DNA of 64,000 nt, from positions 29,737 through 93,736 of the IMG/VR virus record IMGVR_UViG_3300017914_000750. The stretch is one strand, 5' to 3'. The stretch is from a virus. Lineage: Duplodnaviria > Caudoviricetes. Below the pieces are notes generated by a model that saw nothing but the letters and a program-made list of their open reading frames with translations, had not been told where the DNA came from and searched no databases. Position 1 is the first letter of the stretch. Each line of letters starts with the position of its first letter. Below are positions 47,701-57,642 of this stretch, piece after piece. The position numbers were made by a program, and so were the translations under genes.

Positions 47701-50700
47701 CTTGAAGCTTTATCTTGATTTACATATGATATAGGTGTATATGGTAATGTAATCAAATCTCCAGTTTTTTGATAGTTTGAAGATGTTGTAGTATTTAAAT
47801 CTAAGTCAAAGAACTGTTGTAAGTTCTGAGGTCTTAACATACCCATTTTAGTATCGATTGCACATTTATAATCGGGGTGATTGACATCACCAATCTTATG
47901 ACCTCTAAAGTTGTCTACTAAGAAACCTGATTTAAATCTATCGAAACCGTCTGCGTCTAAAATCTGTTTTGTTTGAGTATCTTTCTCTAACATAGATAGA
48001 GAAGTTACTCTTTCTAAGTTTGTGACCCTGTTGTTGATTCTACCGATATCTTTCATTGTATATCGTCTATGGTCAAAACTTCTTACTCTTATCTTACTGA
48101 TATCTTTTGTATATGCTGGAATGAACAATTCGAACATTTCGATTGCTTCGTCTACAGCTTTTGGTTTTGTTGGTGATAAAGAAGGATTACCTGTTGATAT
48201 CTCAAATAGTCCGTCTCTCTGTAAGAAGATTCTATCTATTCTAGAAGTATAGAACTCAATATCACCTGTTGTGTTTAAGCCTGGGACTGGTGTGTCTAAA
48301 GCACTTGAACCTGTTCCAGTAAATACTTTACTGTTGTATTCGAATGGGTCACCAGTTAATCCAGTTGATATATTTGCTGGACTTGTTGGGTCGGGGTCTG
48401 CACTAGAGAATGTTGAAGAACTATAAAGTTGTGCAACTGTAGGTCTAAAGTCTACTGCATCTGATAGTTCGTATTCTCCGTCTGGCTCTAATCCACCTAA
48501 GTCTACTTTGTTTGGTGTGTAAACTGGGATTTCTTTATAGTCAATACCTGAATATGAATTTACATCATAGAACTCACCACCACTTGAGGTAAAGTTATCG
48601 AATACAATTAGTATTGAATTGTTTGGTAAAGGTTGCCCTGGCTTTAATGTTATTTTTGCATGGTCATAATATCCGTCTCTTTGACCGTTATCAAAGAAGT
48701 ATCTATCTGTAATGTTATCTGACCCTGTTGTTATTGTTCCTAATGTTGCAATTGCATTTGAAGTTTGACCAACAACACTTTCACCGTCTTCGAATACAAA
48801 GTTATTTGTGTAGTAGAAGTATGTGGCTGCACCTGAGTTATATTGTATAACTCTTGCTCTTGCACCTGAAGTTTGACCTACAAGTATTTCGTCTTTAACT
48901 GGTAAACCAGTTACACTACCAAGGATTGCACTAGGAGGTAAAGGTGTTGAACCGCCTATACCCTCATAGATTCCTCTTACTGCAAGAACATCAGCAACAC
49001 CTAGTGTTATATCTTTATGGTCGTATGCAGTTCCGTAATCTACACTTGAAGATTTAGCTGCAGTTACGATTGAACACCTTGACCTGTTCAATGTTTTATC
49101 TCTGTTTACTGGTGCATCTAAATTAACTGCATATGATACAATATAGTCGACACCGTTTGCAGCTGAAGTTGTAAATTGATATTGTTCAGTAGTTGCAGTT
49201 GGATTTGATTTAGCACCTGCTGTTGCTACTGGGTCTAACTCGTCTCCTAGATTAACACCTGAACCACCATTTAAATCGTATACAGATAATTGGAAATTAT
49301 CTTGAGACATTTGTAAGAATGATTCGTTGTTATCGGTTGTTAGGGTTACTTTACCACCACTAACTCTAATAACTTTTTGTTTCTTAACTGTAACTTGGTC
49401 GGGTGTATGATTTTTTACATAATCTCTTGGCCATGCATAAATCGATACTGACTGGTCTTGGTCATAAATTTTTGTTCTTCGTCTTGTTGTATTACCTTGA
49501 TATACTGCAGTTGAATTTGCTGTTAAGACTGCAGCGATACTACTTGTTACTGAGGAAACTATTAAGTCTTGTCCTGAAGCTGGGTTATGAACTATATCAC
49601 CCTCTTTTAATTCTGCAGTAAATCTTGTTCCGAATCCAGTAAGGTCGGTTCCATTTTGTTCAAAGATAACTGTTCCTGTTAATTGTGTATCTTGGTCTAC
49701 GATTAAATCTGCAGTAAAGTCAGCAAGAGTTGCGTCTGACCTTTCTTGACCCATACCTCTAACTCTGTCTATGTTATAAGACCTAATTTCTCTTGAGGTG
49801 CTTCTATATGTATCACCATATGAGGTGCAGGCAAAGTCTCCGTCTCCTGTTGAAGTGATTGCTTCACCGTGGACAAAGGTTCCAATTACATCATGAACAT
49901 ATAATGCATTTGAATTATTATCATATGCAACAATACCAGTTGCACCTGAAGTTCCACCTGTTACTTTATCACCAGCATGTGCAGTTCCAGTATGTGATTG
50001 ATATCCAATCTTAGTAAACATTTTTATATCAAAGAGATATAAAGAAGTTTCTGCTAAAGTTGTTCCGTAATTTTCTATATGTCTAACCCTTGCAAAACCA
50101 ATATGGTCTTCCGAGTTTAATGTTCCTGCTGAAGATATTTTACTTGGGAATAAATGAACTGGTGCAAAAGGTGTTAATGCTTGTTGTCCTGCTTCATTAC
50201 CAAAATCGGGATAACCATAAGTATTTGCAACTTTAACATAGTTACCTAATCTTGAAGGTGTCTTTGCACCTGATATTGTTGTTGTTTGTCTTGCTTTGTT
50301 TATGTTAAGGTTTGTTGTTCCGATTTTATCAATCTCGTAACCTTTAACATATGCTTTTCCTGGCGATACTTGGAATACAAATTTACTTTCGTCACCACCT
50401 TGTGCTTTAAGATAGAAACCTGCGTTTGTTGTATCGTCTAGATGTTCTCTAAGACTATGTGTAAATTGTTGAACTATGAAATCACCATTTGCATCGAATG
50501 TTCTTCGTGCAAGTGTGTTTTCTATTTCTGTATAAATTGGTCGTGTTGTTTTTAATTCTATAACACCGTTGTTTACTCTAACTAATTCAACGAAGTTTGC
50601 GTCTTCTGTTGAAGTTAATGCATATTTTGATAGAGTAAGTGTAAACTTAAGTCTGTCAGCACCAGCTGCATTCTCATTTGAAGTTCCCTGAGCATTATCA

Positions 50701-51422
50701 TACAAAGAACTATCTTCTGCAGTTGATATGAATGATTCTGTAATTGTCAAACCAACTCTGTAAGAAGGTTTTGAATTGTATTTTTCTAAAACTAGTTGTT
50801 GTGCTGGAACTCTTACAAAGAATCCTCTAATGTATACAACACCTTCTGATATATTTGCAATTGAAGTTCTACCAACTGGTGTTACACTTTGAGGTGCAAC
50901 TTTAAAATGATTATTGTTTGAAGTGTCTTCAGTTACATCACCATCACTATTAAATCCACATGGTGCTAATTCTTCGTCACCTGAGAATGCAAAAGAGTTA
51001 TTTGCATCTGTTCCTTGTCTTTCTAATCTGATATAAAGAGTAATATAATCTGTAGAGGTTTCTGCATCTGAATTGATAACCTTTGCAACAACTCCTGAAG
51101 TTTTTCCTACAAGATATTTGTCATGATATGTTTCTCTATATGATTCTACTGCAGCGTCACCACTTGAGTTAGGGTTTGAAGCTAAAACTTTGACATAGTA
51201 TAAATCAAAGTCTACATCAGACTGAGCTCCAGTAACAATTGAACCTTCTTCGAAGAAATGGTCACCAAATTTTTCAATTTGATTCTGTAATAGAGATTGT
51301 GATTGAATTAATTCTCTTGCTTGAAGAGGTCTTCCTGCTCTATATAGAACTTTGTGAAAATCTTTTAACTCCGAATAGTCATCGTAATAGGGTGATATGT
51401 TTAAATCAGTCTTCTGCGCCAT
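44784..51422 (-). CDS. large virion structural protein, VrlC/DUF4815-like
   Basis: LNISPYYDD, PLQAREL, GKAYVKGYE, RRYTMKDIG, FKSGFLVDNF, DPLAQSF. Confidence 0.85.
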   Translation of the reverse strand: MAQKTDLNISPYYDDYSELKDFHKVLYRAGRPLQARELIQSQSLLQNQIEKFGDHFFEEGSIVTGAQSDVDFDLYYVKVLASNPNSSGDAAVESYRETYHDKYLVGKTSGVVAKVINSDAETSTDYITLYIRLERQGTDANNSFAFSGDEELAPCGFNSDGDVTEDTSNNNHFKVAPQSVTPVGRTSIANISEGVVYIRGFFVRVPAQQLVLEKYNSKPSYRVGLTITESFISTAEDSSLYDNAQGTSNENAAGADRLKFTLTLSKYALTSTEDANFVELVRVNNGVIELKTTRPIYTEIENTLARRTFDANGDFIVQQFTHSLREHLDDTTNAGFYLKAQGGDESKFVFQVSPGKAYVKGYEIDKIGTTNLNINKARQTTTISGAKTPSRLGNYVKVANTYGYPDFGNEAGQQALTPFAPVHLFPSKISSAGTLNSEDHIGFARVRHIENYGTTLAETSLYLFDIKMFTKIGYQSHTGTAHAGDKVTGGTSGATGIVAYDNNSNALYVHDVIGTFVHGEAITSTGDGDFACTSYGDTYRSTSREIRSYNIDRVRGMGQERSDATLADFTADLIVDQDTQLTGTVIFEQNGTDLTGFGTRFTAELKEGDIVHNPASGQDLIVSSVTSSIAAVLTANSTAVYQGNTTRRRTKIYDQDQSVSIYAWPRDYVKNHTPDQVTVKKQKVIRVSGGKVTLTTDNNESFLQMSQDNFQLSVYDLNGGSGVNLGDELDPVATAGAKSNPTATTEQYQFTTSAANGVDYIVSYAVNLDAPVNRDKTLNRSRCSIVTAAKSSSVDYGTAYDHKDITLGVADVLAVRGIYEGIGGSTPLPPSAILGSVTGLPVKDEILVGQTSGARARVIQYNSGAATYFYYTNNFVFEDGESVVGQTSNAIATLGTITTGSDNITDRYFFDNGQRDGYYDHAKITLKPGQPLPNNSILIVFDNFTSSGGEFYDVNSYSGIDYKEIPVYTPNKVDLGGLEPDGEYELSDAVDFRPTVAQLYSSSTFSSADPDPTSPANISTGLTGDPFEYNSKVFTGTGSSALDTPVPGLNTTGDIEFYTSRIDRIFLQRDGLFEISTGNPSLSPTKPKAVDEAIEMFELFIPAYTKDISKIRVRSFDHRRYTMKDIGRINNRVTNLERVTSLSMLEKDTQTKQILDADGFDRFKSGFLVDNFRGHKIGDVNHPDYKCAIDTKMGMLRPQNLQQFFDLDLNTTTSSNYQKTGDLITLPYTPISYVNQDKASRHINVNPYHVFAFIGNVKLTPGTDIWNDTERLPDVRINREGNFDAVMAGVGNSLGTVWNSWQTTWVGEPAEVSSEVQSTSAGSWSGDPSQGGTWQAGQEITREITETPEIQTRTGITTSVVEDFVETRNDRVVSVSIIPFMRARTIEIDATNLKPNTNHFFFFDNVRVDKFCRPHSAPYSADGGLTVASNLQSDGNGRLRGFFELPNSATQRFPTGQRELKLTSSFYNLSNPPSQGSATYQAQGLLNSSQTEIVSTRNGRVITQNTSGERRTQRRGERLNISAVDTVAPDIPVDTTPIVVPTPTTIEVVIPPEVFVPPVINIPVPPPEPPALPVPVFPIIDSPRRGSFLERGWGDPLAQSFLCEASGGMMLTSIDLFFQAKDSHMPVSVEIRNMVNGYPGQVVLPFSTVTKNPSDVNVSADGSVSTTFTFDSPVYVEEKKEYCFVVYSNSNEYECWISRMGETDLISGQQISGQPYAGSLFMSQNASTWTAEQTDDLKFNMKIAKFDTSKIPSIYFDNKDLDLSTLAKNPIQTTVSSNTVKVAAYLHGLYDNTSNTQLSGITGDRIGSVLSTSGANITDNTSLSDGTYTIAATSVSPVGGSGAIFSVTIASGAVSDVRITNPGQGYSVNDVITLENFDGGQADMTVTVASVGQTLGGIPVDAIGGSSAVTYTSISNTGIDSFDIAVDLSSYIGANKLATGYDALESTSGGGEAVKLQRNYYFDALHTMIPSTQIGGSKIIASINTTAMKSPEGVIGSGDTVYTKRSTNNFITLNDNTFLDNPGVVASPINETNEMQSQRSFSLLTQLYSVNQNVSPVIDVGTIGCIAIANRLNNIDSSSDVPSGVTYVPSTEPEGDSNAFVYVTRKVNLKTPATSLKVIADNFRPPNTEFKYMFKIIKADENTPLDDIGFEFFNTDGSPDTAIEVDGRNFKEYEYTAEDLPEFTAFVIKIVGQGTNTCAVPMVSSLRVMALA

Positions 51423-51456
51423 AGTTTACTCTTATGTTGTTTAAGATGTAATTAAA

Positions 51457-52899
51457 TTACATCTGAATAATCAGTTTAATATCCTCGATTTGGTCTGCAG
51501 CTCTTGTTACAGCACCTCTATTTTCGACATACATGATATTACCTGAGTATTTTACTATTTCGGGGAATGTAGAATCAACAGCACTCACTGTTCCGATACT
51601 TGAACTCCCTTTGTATACAGTATCAGAAGAAGCAAAGTCTACATATAATCCAGCATTATTTGCTTGAGGGATATGTGAAACTACATTTCCTGATATGGAT
51701 ACAATTTTAGAAACTGCAACACCTGAACCATTTGAACTTGCGTCCATGATTGTGTCGTCTACTGATAGACCTGTTACAGATGACAATGTCATTTTGTGAT
51801 AGGCTGCATAGTTAGTTCCTGTTGCAACTGTTGTTCCTGAAGAGAAAGGGTCTTGGATTAGACCAATTCGTCTGAAATCGTTGTCTGTTGGGAAATCACC
51901 AGCACCTTCTGCAAACTCTAATCTTGAGTTTACCATTACGAAGTTTCCACCCAATTCTTCAACTGGGTTTGCACCGTGACCGTATAATGGTGAAATGATT
52001 GGTGTTAAAACTGCACCTGAACCACTACCGATACCTGAGATATTTGCAACATCTATAGAAGCTCGTCTATAGTTTGCACCAACTGCTGTTACAGTAACAT
52101 GAGTAATAACTCCTGAACCGTTAGTATGAACCGTGCATCTTCCGTTTCCGTCTCCGTCACCAGCAATAACAACATTTGTTAATGTTGCAGATGCAGAATA
52201 ACCTGAACCACCATTATCTACTTTAATGTGGTGGATTGCACCATCGATAGCTTGGTTTTCTACTTGCCATTGTGAAGAAGAGTCATCTGAAACACCACCT
52301 AAAGCAGCTTTTGCACCAATAGTTTTAACGGGAATAAAATCTGTAGTAGTAAATTTAATTGTATCGGCAGCTGATACAGTATACATATACTTCCAAAGAT
52401 AACCTCTTCCTGTTTGAATACCTGAGTCATTAGTTTCAACTAATGCTGTTGGACTAGTTCCAGTTGGTTTTACAGTTGAGTTTACAACTGCACCATTTGA
52501 ATCCCTTCCACTTCTAATACATTTGTATACATTATATTCATCAGTAATAACATAAAACCTTGAATCGTATATGTTACTTGAAGAACTTGCACTTGAAGTA
52601 TTGGAAGCTGAAATAGTATGGTCATACTCGTCATACTTTGTATTACCTGTTGAATCCCAGTTTCTTCGTGTTAATGCATGAGTGACATCTGCTGAAGATA
52701 CTTTCTTCATTGCCACCATGTCTGAAAATGCATCCATTTCCTCACCAACTGAGTTTGCTGGTGTGTCGGGTGCCGTGTCGTCTGTCCAAGGGAAAGACCT
52801 TCCTATGAACATGTATGTTGAGGAAACATTCTCCCCAAAATCTTCTATGAATTGTTTAGCACTATGTGTTCTAAACTTTTCGGTTATAATTGCTGCCAT
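51457..52899 (-). CDS. gp8: baseplate wedge subunit
   Basis: MAAIITEKFR, YNVYKC, GYLWKYMY, QIEDIKLII. Confidence 0.88.
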   Translation of the reverse strand: MAAIITEKFRTHSAKQFIEDFGENVSSTYMFIGRSFPWTDDTAPDTPANSVGEEMDAFSDMVAMKKVSSADVTHALTRRNWDSTGNTKYDEYDHTISASNTSSASSSSNIYDSRFYVITDEYNVYKCIRSGRDSNGAVVNSTVKPTGTSPTALVETNDSGIQTGRGYLWKYMYTVSAADTIKFTTTDFIPVKTIGAKAALGGVSDDSSSQWQVENQAIDGAIHHIKVDNGGSGYSASATLTNVVIAGDGDGNGRCTVHTNGSGVITHVTVTAVGANYRRASIDVANISGIGSGSGAVLTPIISPLYGHGANPVEELGGNFVMVNSRLEFAEGAGDFPTDNDFRRIGLIQDPFSSGTTVATGTNYAAYHKMTLSSVTGLSVDDTIMDASSNGSGVAVSKIVSISGNVVSHIPQANNAGLYVDFASSDTVYKGSSSIGTVSAVDSTFPEIVKYSGNIMYVENRGAVTRAADQIEDIKLIIQM

Positions 52900-52918
52900 T
52901 TTAAATCTCCGTTATTGG

Positions 52919-52937
52919 TATTTATATACTATTTATA
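52919..52937 (-). promoter_or_regulatory. tandem late promoters TATAAATA x2
   Basis: Exact consensus at 52930-52937 and 52919-52926. Confidence 0.75.
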
Positions 52938-55900
52938 AAGAACTCAAAGTAGAATTAGTTATTTTTGATGATTTTACATAACTACTATGAGCTATATGAG
53001 TTCTCTTGTTACTTTGATTATCAAAGTTCTTCATTCTTAGACTTGGTAAGAAGTTTTGTAGGTGATTGAATGTCAATCCTGAAGGGTCTGATTCTTCTAA
53101 TAATATCGACCCATATCCATCTTCTAATACAATTTGGTCTTCGTCTGCGTCATTTGATACATCTTCGTCCAATAGATAATAAGAAATATTATAAATCTCT
53201 TGGTTACTTAATTTATTTATGTCACCAATAGTATAGTTCATTGGTGCATATGAAGTAATGCTTGTTCCTTGAGTTGATTCGTCAAGCATAACTCCACCGT
53301 CTTCTAAAGTAATCTGCATATCGTCTTCAGTTCTTAAAGAAGAAGTGTTATAGTTTGCAACTCTTTCTGATTTCAATACACCTAAAGGCTCTGACATATA
53401 TGATGCATCTTCTAACTCCATATAGTCTCCGTCTTCAAATATAAAGGTTCCACCTAGTCCGTCACCCTCGGGTGCTTCCATTCTGAAGTGTGAATGTTCA
53501 CTTTCTAGTTGCATTAATCCACCGTCCTCAAATACCATGTTCTCGTCTTCTAGTTGGAACGAAGTCATTACAATACCTAAATCTGCATGTCTTCTTTCGT
53601 ATTTGATTTCATAAGGTGAATGATATGGATTGTTTTGTGTATCTAAGTTTAAAGAAGTAAATCTATTTCCTGTTACAACTTTAACCTCTCCACCCATATT
53701 TGCGTGATTACCACAATAATAGTATAATGTGTCGGGTGTATTTTCGTCAAATAGTGCTTCTAGAGAAAGAGTAGAACTATTTGAAATACCAGTTGTATAT
53801 TGACTTCCACCACCATGAGTCCCGTCTGGCGTTGTTGAGAATCTTACTGGGTGAATACTTGGGTGTGAAAAGTCATATGTTATACCTCTCTGTAAAACGA
53901 GAGTTGGTTGTTTTTCACCATTCCAATAAAACTTACCACCACTTGCTGTAATTTCTCTGACTGCTCTGATTGGATTTGTTTCTATTCTTTCGGGTATTAA
54001 TACTTTTGCATTTGCAAGAGACTTAATCATGAATAAGTTTACATGTCTCTGTTTAAAGTCTTCGGCAGTCGGGTGTGTATTTCCAATTGTTGTTTCGTCT
54101 GTAGGCATATAAACAACAAGTGGACTATTGAGTTCTGCTTGTTTAGTATAGATTTGAACCTGAGTTAACATGTTAGTGATTGCATTAACATCAGGTGAAT
54201 CCTCTAATATTAAATGATAACCATTTTCTAACAAGATATTAGATTCGTCATCTCTTGTAACTGAATCTGCAAGTTCTAAATCAAAATGATATGTTGGGAA
54301 TCCTTGCATGATAATAGTAGGCAAGAAATTAAATCTAGATTCTCTTTCTACACCAGCTGCATTTGTAATCTCGTCAAACGGGTTTACAAATTCTTTAACT
54401 GCAACCTCACCAAAGAATATATGTCCTGAAGGGTGAACTAGGTCTTTAACAATAGACCTATATTTGTTAATAGATTCACCTATCTTAATAATATATGAAT
54501 GTGATTGATATATTTTACTATCATGAATATTGATTGCTGACGAATCGATAGTTCCCTTATCTGTTAATAATTGTTTTTGTATAATACCTTCACCACCGAG
54601 TTTACCTCTACCAGTGTAAGGATTGAATTTTAGTATCTTAAATGTATCGGTGTTGTTGTATAATATTTCTTCGTTATCTAGGAAACACCCGTCCATTTCT
54701 TTGAAGGTTAGGATTTGCCTATTAGGGTCATATAATTCCACCCTTGCAGTCGTTCCTGTTATCCTACCTGTAAATGTTAAATCTTGAGTTAGTGTTGCAG
54801 ACGGTGTTGTAATTAACATTTTATAGAATGTTGCACCACCAATCACTGGGTCTTCATTGAATTTGTAACCTTGGTCTTGAATGTTGATAGAACCAACCCC
54901 ACCAATCTCGTCTGAATAAGCAACAAGTTTTGCACCTGTTCCACTTGATACTTTAATTAAACTAGCTGCTCTCGTTATTCCACTAGTTAAACCTACGATA
55001 GATTCAGAAGATTGGAACTGACCTGTATCTGTTGATTCTCTTTTTACAACTAATCTATTCTTACCGTCTTTTGTTTCTTTTCTTATAATACTTGCAGTTG
55101 CATTTGAAGTTCCACCTCTTACAACTTCACCGATTCCAAATCCTGATAAATCGTCCATGTAAATATATCCGCCTGGAAATGCTCTAGGTAATTGAGTATA
55201 ACCAGTTCCTGGCGAAGTAATATAAACTCTTCTTATATGTGATTCAGTTGTATTGAGTTGGACTCTGTCTCCGTCTTCTAATAATAGATTATTAAACTTA
55301 GTAAAGATTTCAATAATCTCATTACCACTCATTGCATTTGTAAATGTTACTCTATCATTTTTAAATGTATAGTCGGTATATGGAGTTTGTAATACACCGT
55401 CCTTAAATACTTTTACTTCGTTGTCATTAAAGAGGACTCTGAAACCATTGTTGTCCACTCCTCTAAAAATTGTTTGGCCTGGAATTGCAAACAATTCAAA
55501 GTGTCCGTATTCTGTTGCATTTTCTAATATTGCAACATCTTCTATTGCACCAATAACAGCTTCTGCAGCGTTACCGTCTGCATTTGAGTTATCGAATACA
55601 ACTATATCTCCTCCGTTATATCCTGTTCCTCCTGCTTCAACAAAAACTTTTGTTACTCCACCTTTTCTTAGTCCGTCAATATTTGCTTGAGCAGTTAATG
55701 TGTCCCTGTCTCCTTTTCCTCCGATAAATTCTAGTTTATCGTTAAGAGAATACATTGAACCAAAAGATTGTTCGTCAATTACGATACCACCATTGGTTGA
55801 GTTATTGTAAGCTTTTACACCACTTGCCAAACCACTAGAGTTTGCAGTTAAAGTAGCAGTAGTATCATCTACAATTGTTGCAATAGTATCTGTATAGGTA

Positions 55901-57102
55901 TCGTTACCTACTTTATATGATATAGAATCACCTACCTTTAATTCAGATAAAAACTTTGTTAATCCACCAACTAAATTCGTTGTTCCGTCTGTTGTTATTA
56001 TACCTGTTAATTCTGTTGATTCTAAAAGAAGAACACTACCGTCTTCCATTCCAGCATATATTGAAGATTCTGTATCAGTGTAATCACTCAATATACCTTT
56101 TACTACTGCATTGACTGTTGTAACTCCGTCTCTATCTACAAATTGACATGCTCTTTCTACATCAAAAGTTCCGAAATGATTGTTAGTAATTTCTAGAGAA
56201 TATTCACCTGTTGTTGCATCTATGGTATATACATTTTCAACAATTGCTTCTGCAAGTATAGAAACTTCGTCATCTTGATATTGAATAACTTTGTCTGTTC
56301 CTTCTGGCTTCTCATTTACATTATCCATTTTAATTGCAATTCTTCTTTGGTCGTCATATGCAGATTCAGAAGCATGGATAGTATTTTCTATAGGATAAGA
56401 TATTTCTGCGTCTTGTCCATATAGAAGTCTTAGTAAGAATTGTAATGACTCTGCTGTTCCTTTCTTTTGATATAAGTCATTAATATTTTTGATTGTTAAC
56501 CTTGCGTCTTTAGTTTCGTCAATATCTAAAGAAGGTATGAAGTCTTTTTGGAAGTAATCTAAAAACTCTTCAGTTGTATTATCAATATCTGAATAGTTTA
56601 ACAATTGATTGTTTGCAAGAACTGTATTGTGTTTATGTTTTTCTACGACACCTGAATTACCTGTTTGAGTAACACTTCCAATAGGTTCGTTCATTCTTGC
56701 TGTAACTGTTTCTCCTTTATCAAAACCATTACCTTCAATAGTTTTGATATAGAAGTTGTTACCATTGATTGTTAATATCTCTGCAACTGAACCAGTTTTT
56801 GAACCGACAATATACTGTCCTTTTTCGAAAGGAGTTGTATTTTGATAGTTTAAGAGATAAGAAGAATCTGAATCGGGAGCTGGTTTAACAGTTCCCTCTT
56901 CTAATAAGATATCACCATTATTATCTTCTAATAGGATACCTTCCAAATCTCCTTGAGAACTGAGAGTTAATATCTCAGCCTCAAGGAATTCGAAATATGA
57001 TTTTAAGAACTGCTCAAAGATTGGTGCTTCGTCTTTAACAAAGTCGGGTAACAGATTAGGTAATCTATCTGATAACCTTTCAATCTCGAAGTTCTTAGAC
57101 AT
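52933..57102 (-). CDS. baseplate wedge initiator (gp7-like)
   Basis: FLKSYFEFLE, LYQKKGT..S..FL.RLLYG, YQSHSYIIK...HPSG..FFGE; lies between gp6 and gp8. Confidence 0.75.
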   Translation of the reverse strand: MSKNFEIERLSDRLPNLLPDFVKDEAPIFEQFLKSYFEFLEAEILTLSSQGDLEGILLEDNNGDILLEEGTVKPAPDSDSSYLLNYQNTTPFEKGQYIVGSKTGSVAEILTINGNNFYIKTIEGNGFDKGETVTARMNEPIGSVTQTGNSGVVEKHKHNTVLANNQLLNYSDIDNTTEEFLDYFQKDFIPSLDIDETKDARLTIKNINDLYQKKGTAESLQFLLRLLYGQDAEISYPIENTIHASESAYDDQRRIAIKMDNVNEKPEGTDKVIQYQDDEVSILAEAIVENVYTIDATTGEYSLEITNNHFGTFDVERACQFVDRDGVTTVNAVVKGILSDYTDTESSIYAGMEDGSVLLLESTELTGIITTDGTTNLVGGLTKFLSELKVGDSISYKVGNDTYTDTIATIVDDTTATLTANSSGLASGVKAYNNSTNGGIVIDEQSFGSMYSLNDKLEFIGGKGDRDTLTAQANIDGLRKGGVTKVFVEAGGTGYNGGDIVVFDNSNADGNAAEAVIGAIEDVAILENATEYGHFELFAIPGQTIFRGVDNNGFRVLFNDNEVKVFKDGVLQTPYTDYTFKNDRVTFTNAMSGNEIIEIFTKFNNLLLEDGDRVQLNTTESHIRRVYITSPGTGYTQLPRAFPGGYIYMDDLSGFGIGEVVRGGTSNATASIIRKETKDGKNRLVVKRESTDTGQFQSSESIVGLTSGITRAASLIKVSSGTGAKLVAYSDEIGGVGSINIQDQGYKFNEDPVIGGATFYKMLITTPSATLTQDLTFTGRITGTTARVELYDPNRQILTFKEMDGCFLDNEEILYNNTDTFKILKFNPYTGRGKLGGEGIIQKQLLTDKGTIDSSAINIHDSKIYQSHSYIIKIGESINKYRSIVKDLVHPSGHIFFGEVAVKEFVNPFDEITNAAGVERESRFNFLPTIIMQGFPTYHFDLELADSVTRDDESNILLENGYHLILEDSPDVNAITNMLTQVQIYTKQAELNSPLVVYMPTDETTIGNTHPTAEDFKQRHVNLFMIKSLANAKVLIPERIETNPIRAVREITASGGKFYWNGEKQPTLVLQRGITYDFSHPSIHPVRFSTTPDGTHGGGSQYTTGISNSSTLSLEALFDENTPDTLYYYCGNHANMGGEVKVVTGNRFTSLNLDTQNNPYHSPYEIKYERRHADLGIVMTSFQLEDENMVFEDGGLMQLESEHSHFRMEAPEGDGLGGTFIFEDGDYMELEDASYMSEPLGVLKSERVANYNTSSLRTEDDMQITLEDGGVMLDESTQGTSITSYAPMNYTIGDINKLSNQEIYNISYYLLDEDVSNDADEDQIVLEDGYGSILLEESDPSGLTFNHLQNFLPSLRMKNFDNQSNKRTHIAHSSYVKSSKITNSTLSSL

Positions 57103-57103
57103 A

Positions 57104-57571
57104 TTAAGCTACTACTGCACCAACATTTGATACTATAGCCCAACCACCTAAAGCTGAACCTAACCATACACAAACAACTGCATCACCGATTGAGTTCAGT
57201 GTGATTGTTGTTCCGTTGATAAGATTTGTAGGTGTAATAACAACATTATTAGAACCTGCTGGTTCAGTTGCAGCTACGATGATTTTAATCTCACCTGTAT
57301 CACTTGAATCAGGCAATGTCAAAGCAAGGTCTGAACTGATTGAATCAGCGTCTACTGCAATGATACCACCGTCAGCAATTGATTGTGCAGTCGAAACTGT
57401 TTGCACATCATTGATTGCTAAGTGAGTTGGTATTGCTTCGAAAAGATTAGATATTGCCAATCTTTTGTTTACTGGTGTTCCACTAGGGTCATCAACAACA
57501 TGCAGAATATCGGCTGCACCGACTTCTGATTTATTCATAACCGTTAACGCGGTAATTTTTTTATCTGCCAT
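57104..57571 (-). CDS. virion structural protein
   Basis: [10 protein letters not shown]-terminus; GGAGG SD; beta-rich. Confidence 0.6.
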   Translation of the reverse strand: MADKKITALTVMNKSEVGAADILHVVDDPSGTPVNKRLAISNLFEAIPTHLAINDVQTVSTAQSIADGGIIAVDADSISSDLALTLPDSSDTGEIKIIVAATEPAGSNNVVITPTNLINGTTITLNSIGDAVVCVWLGSALGGWAIVSNVGAVVA

Positions 57572-57642
57572 TCTCTTTTCCTCCTATAATCCAATTGAAT
57601 GGGAAACTACTCGGGGGACTCCCGACCACTTTATACATTTAA

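Noticed and set aside
57610-57626. Small hairpin TCGGG-AGTCC-CCCGA between gp6 and the next gene
   Set aside because: The stem is short with no U tract; the evidence is not enough to call a terminator or RNA element.
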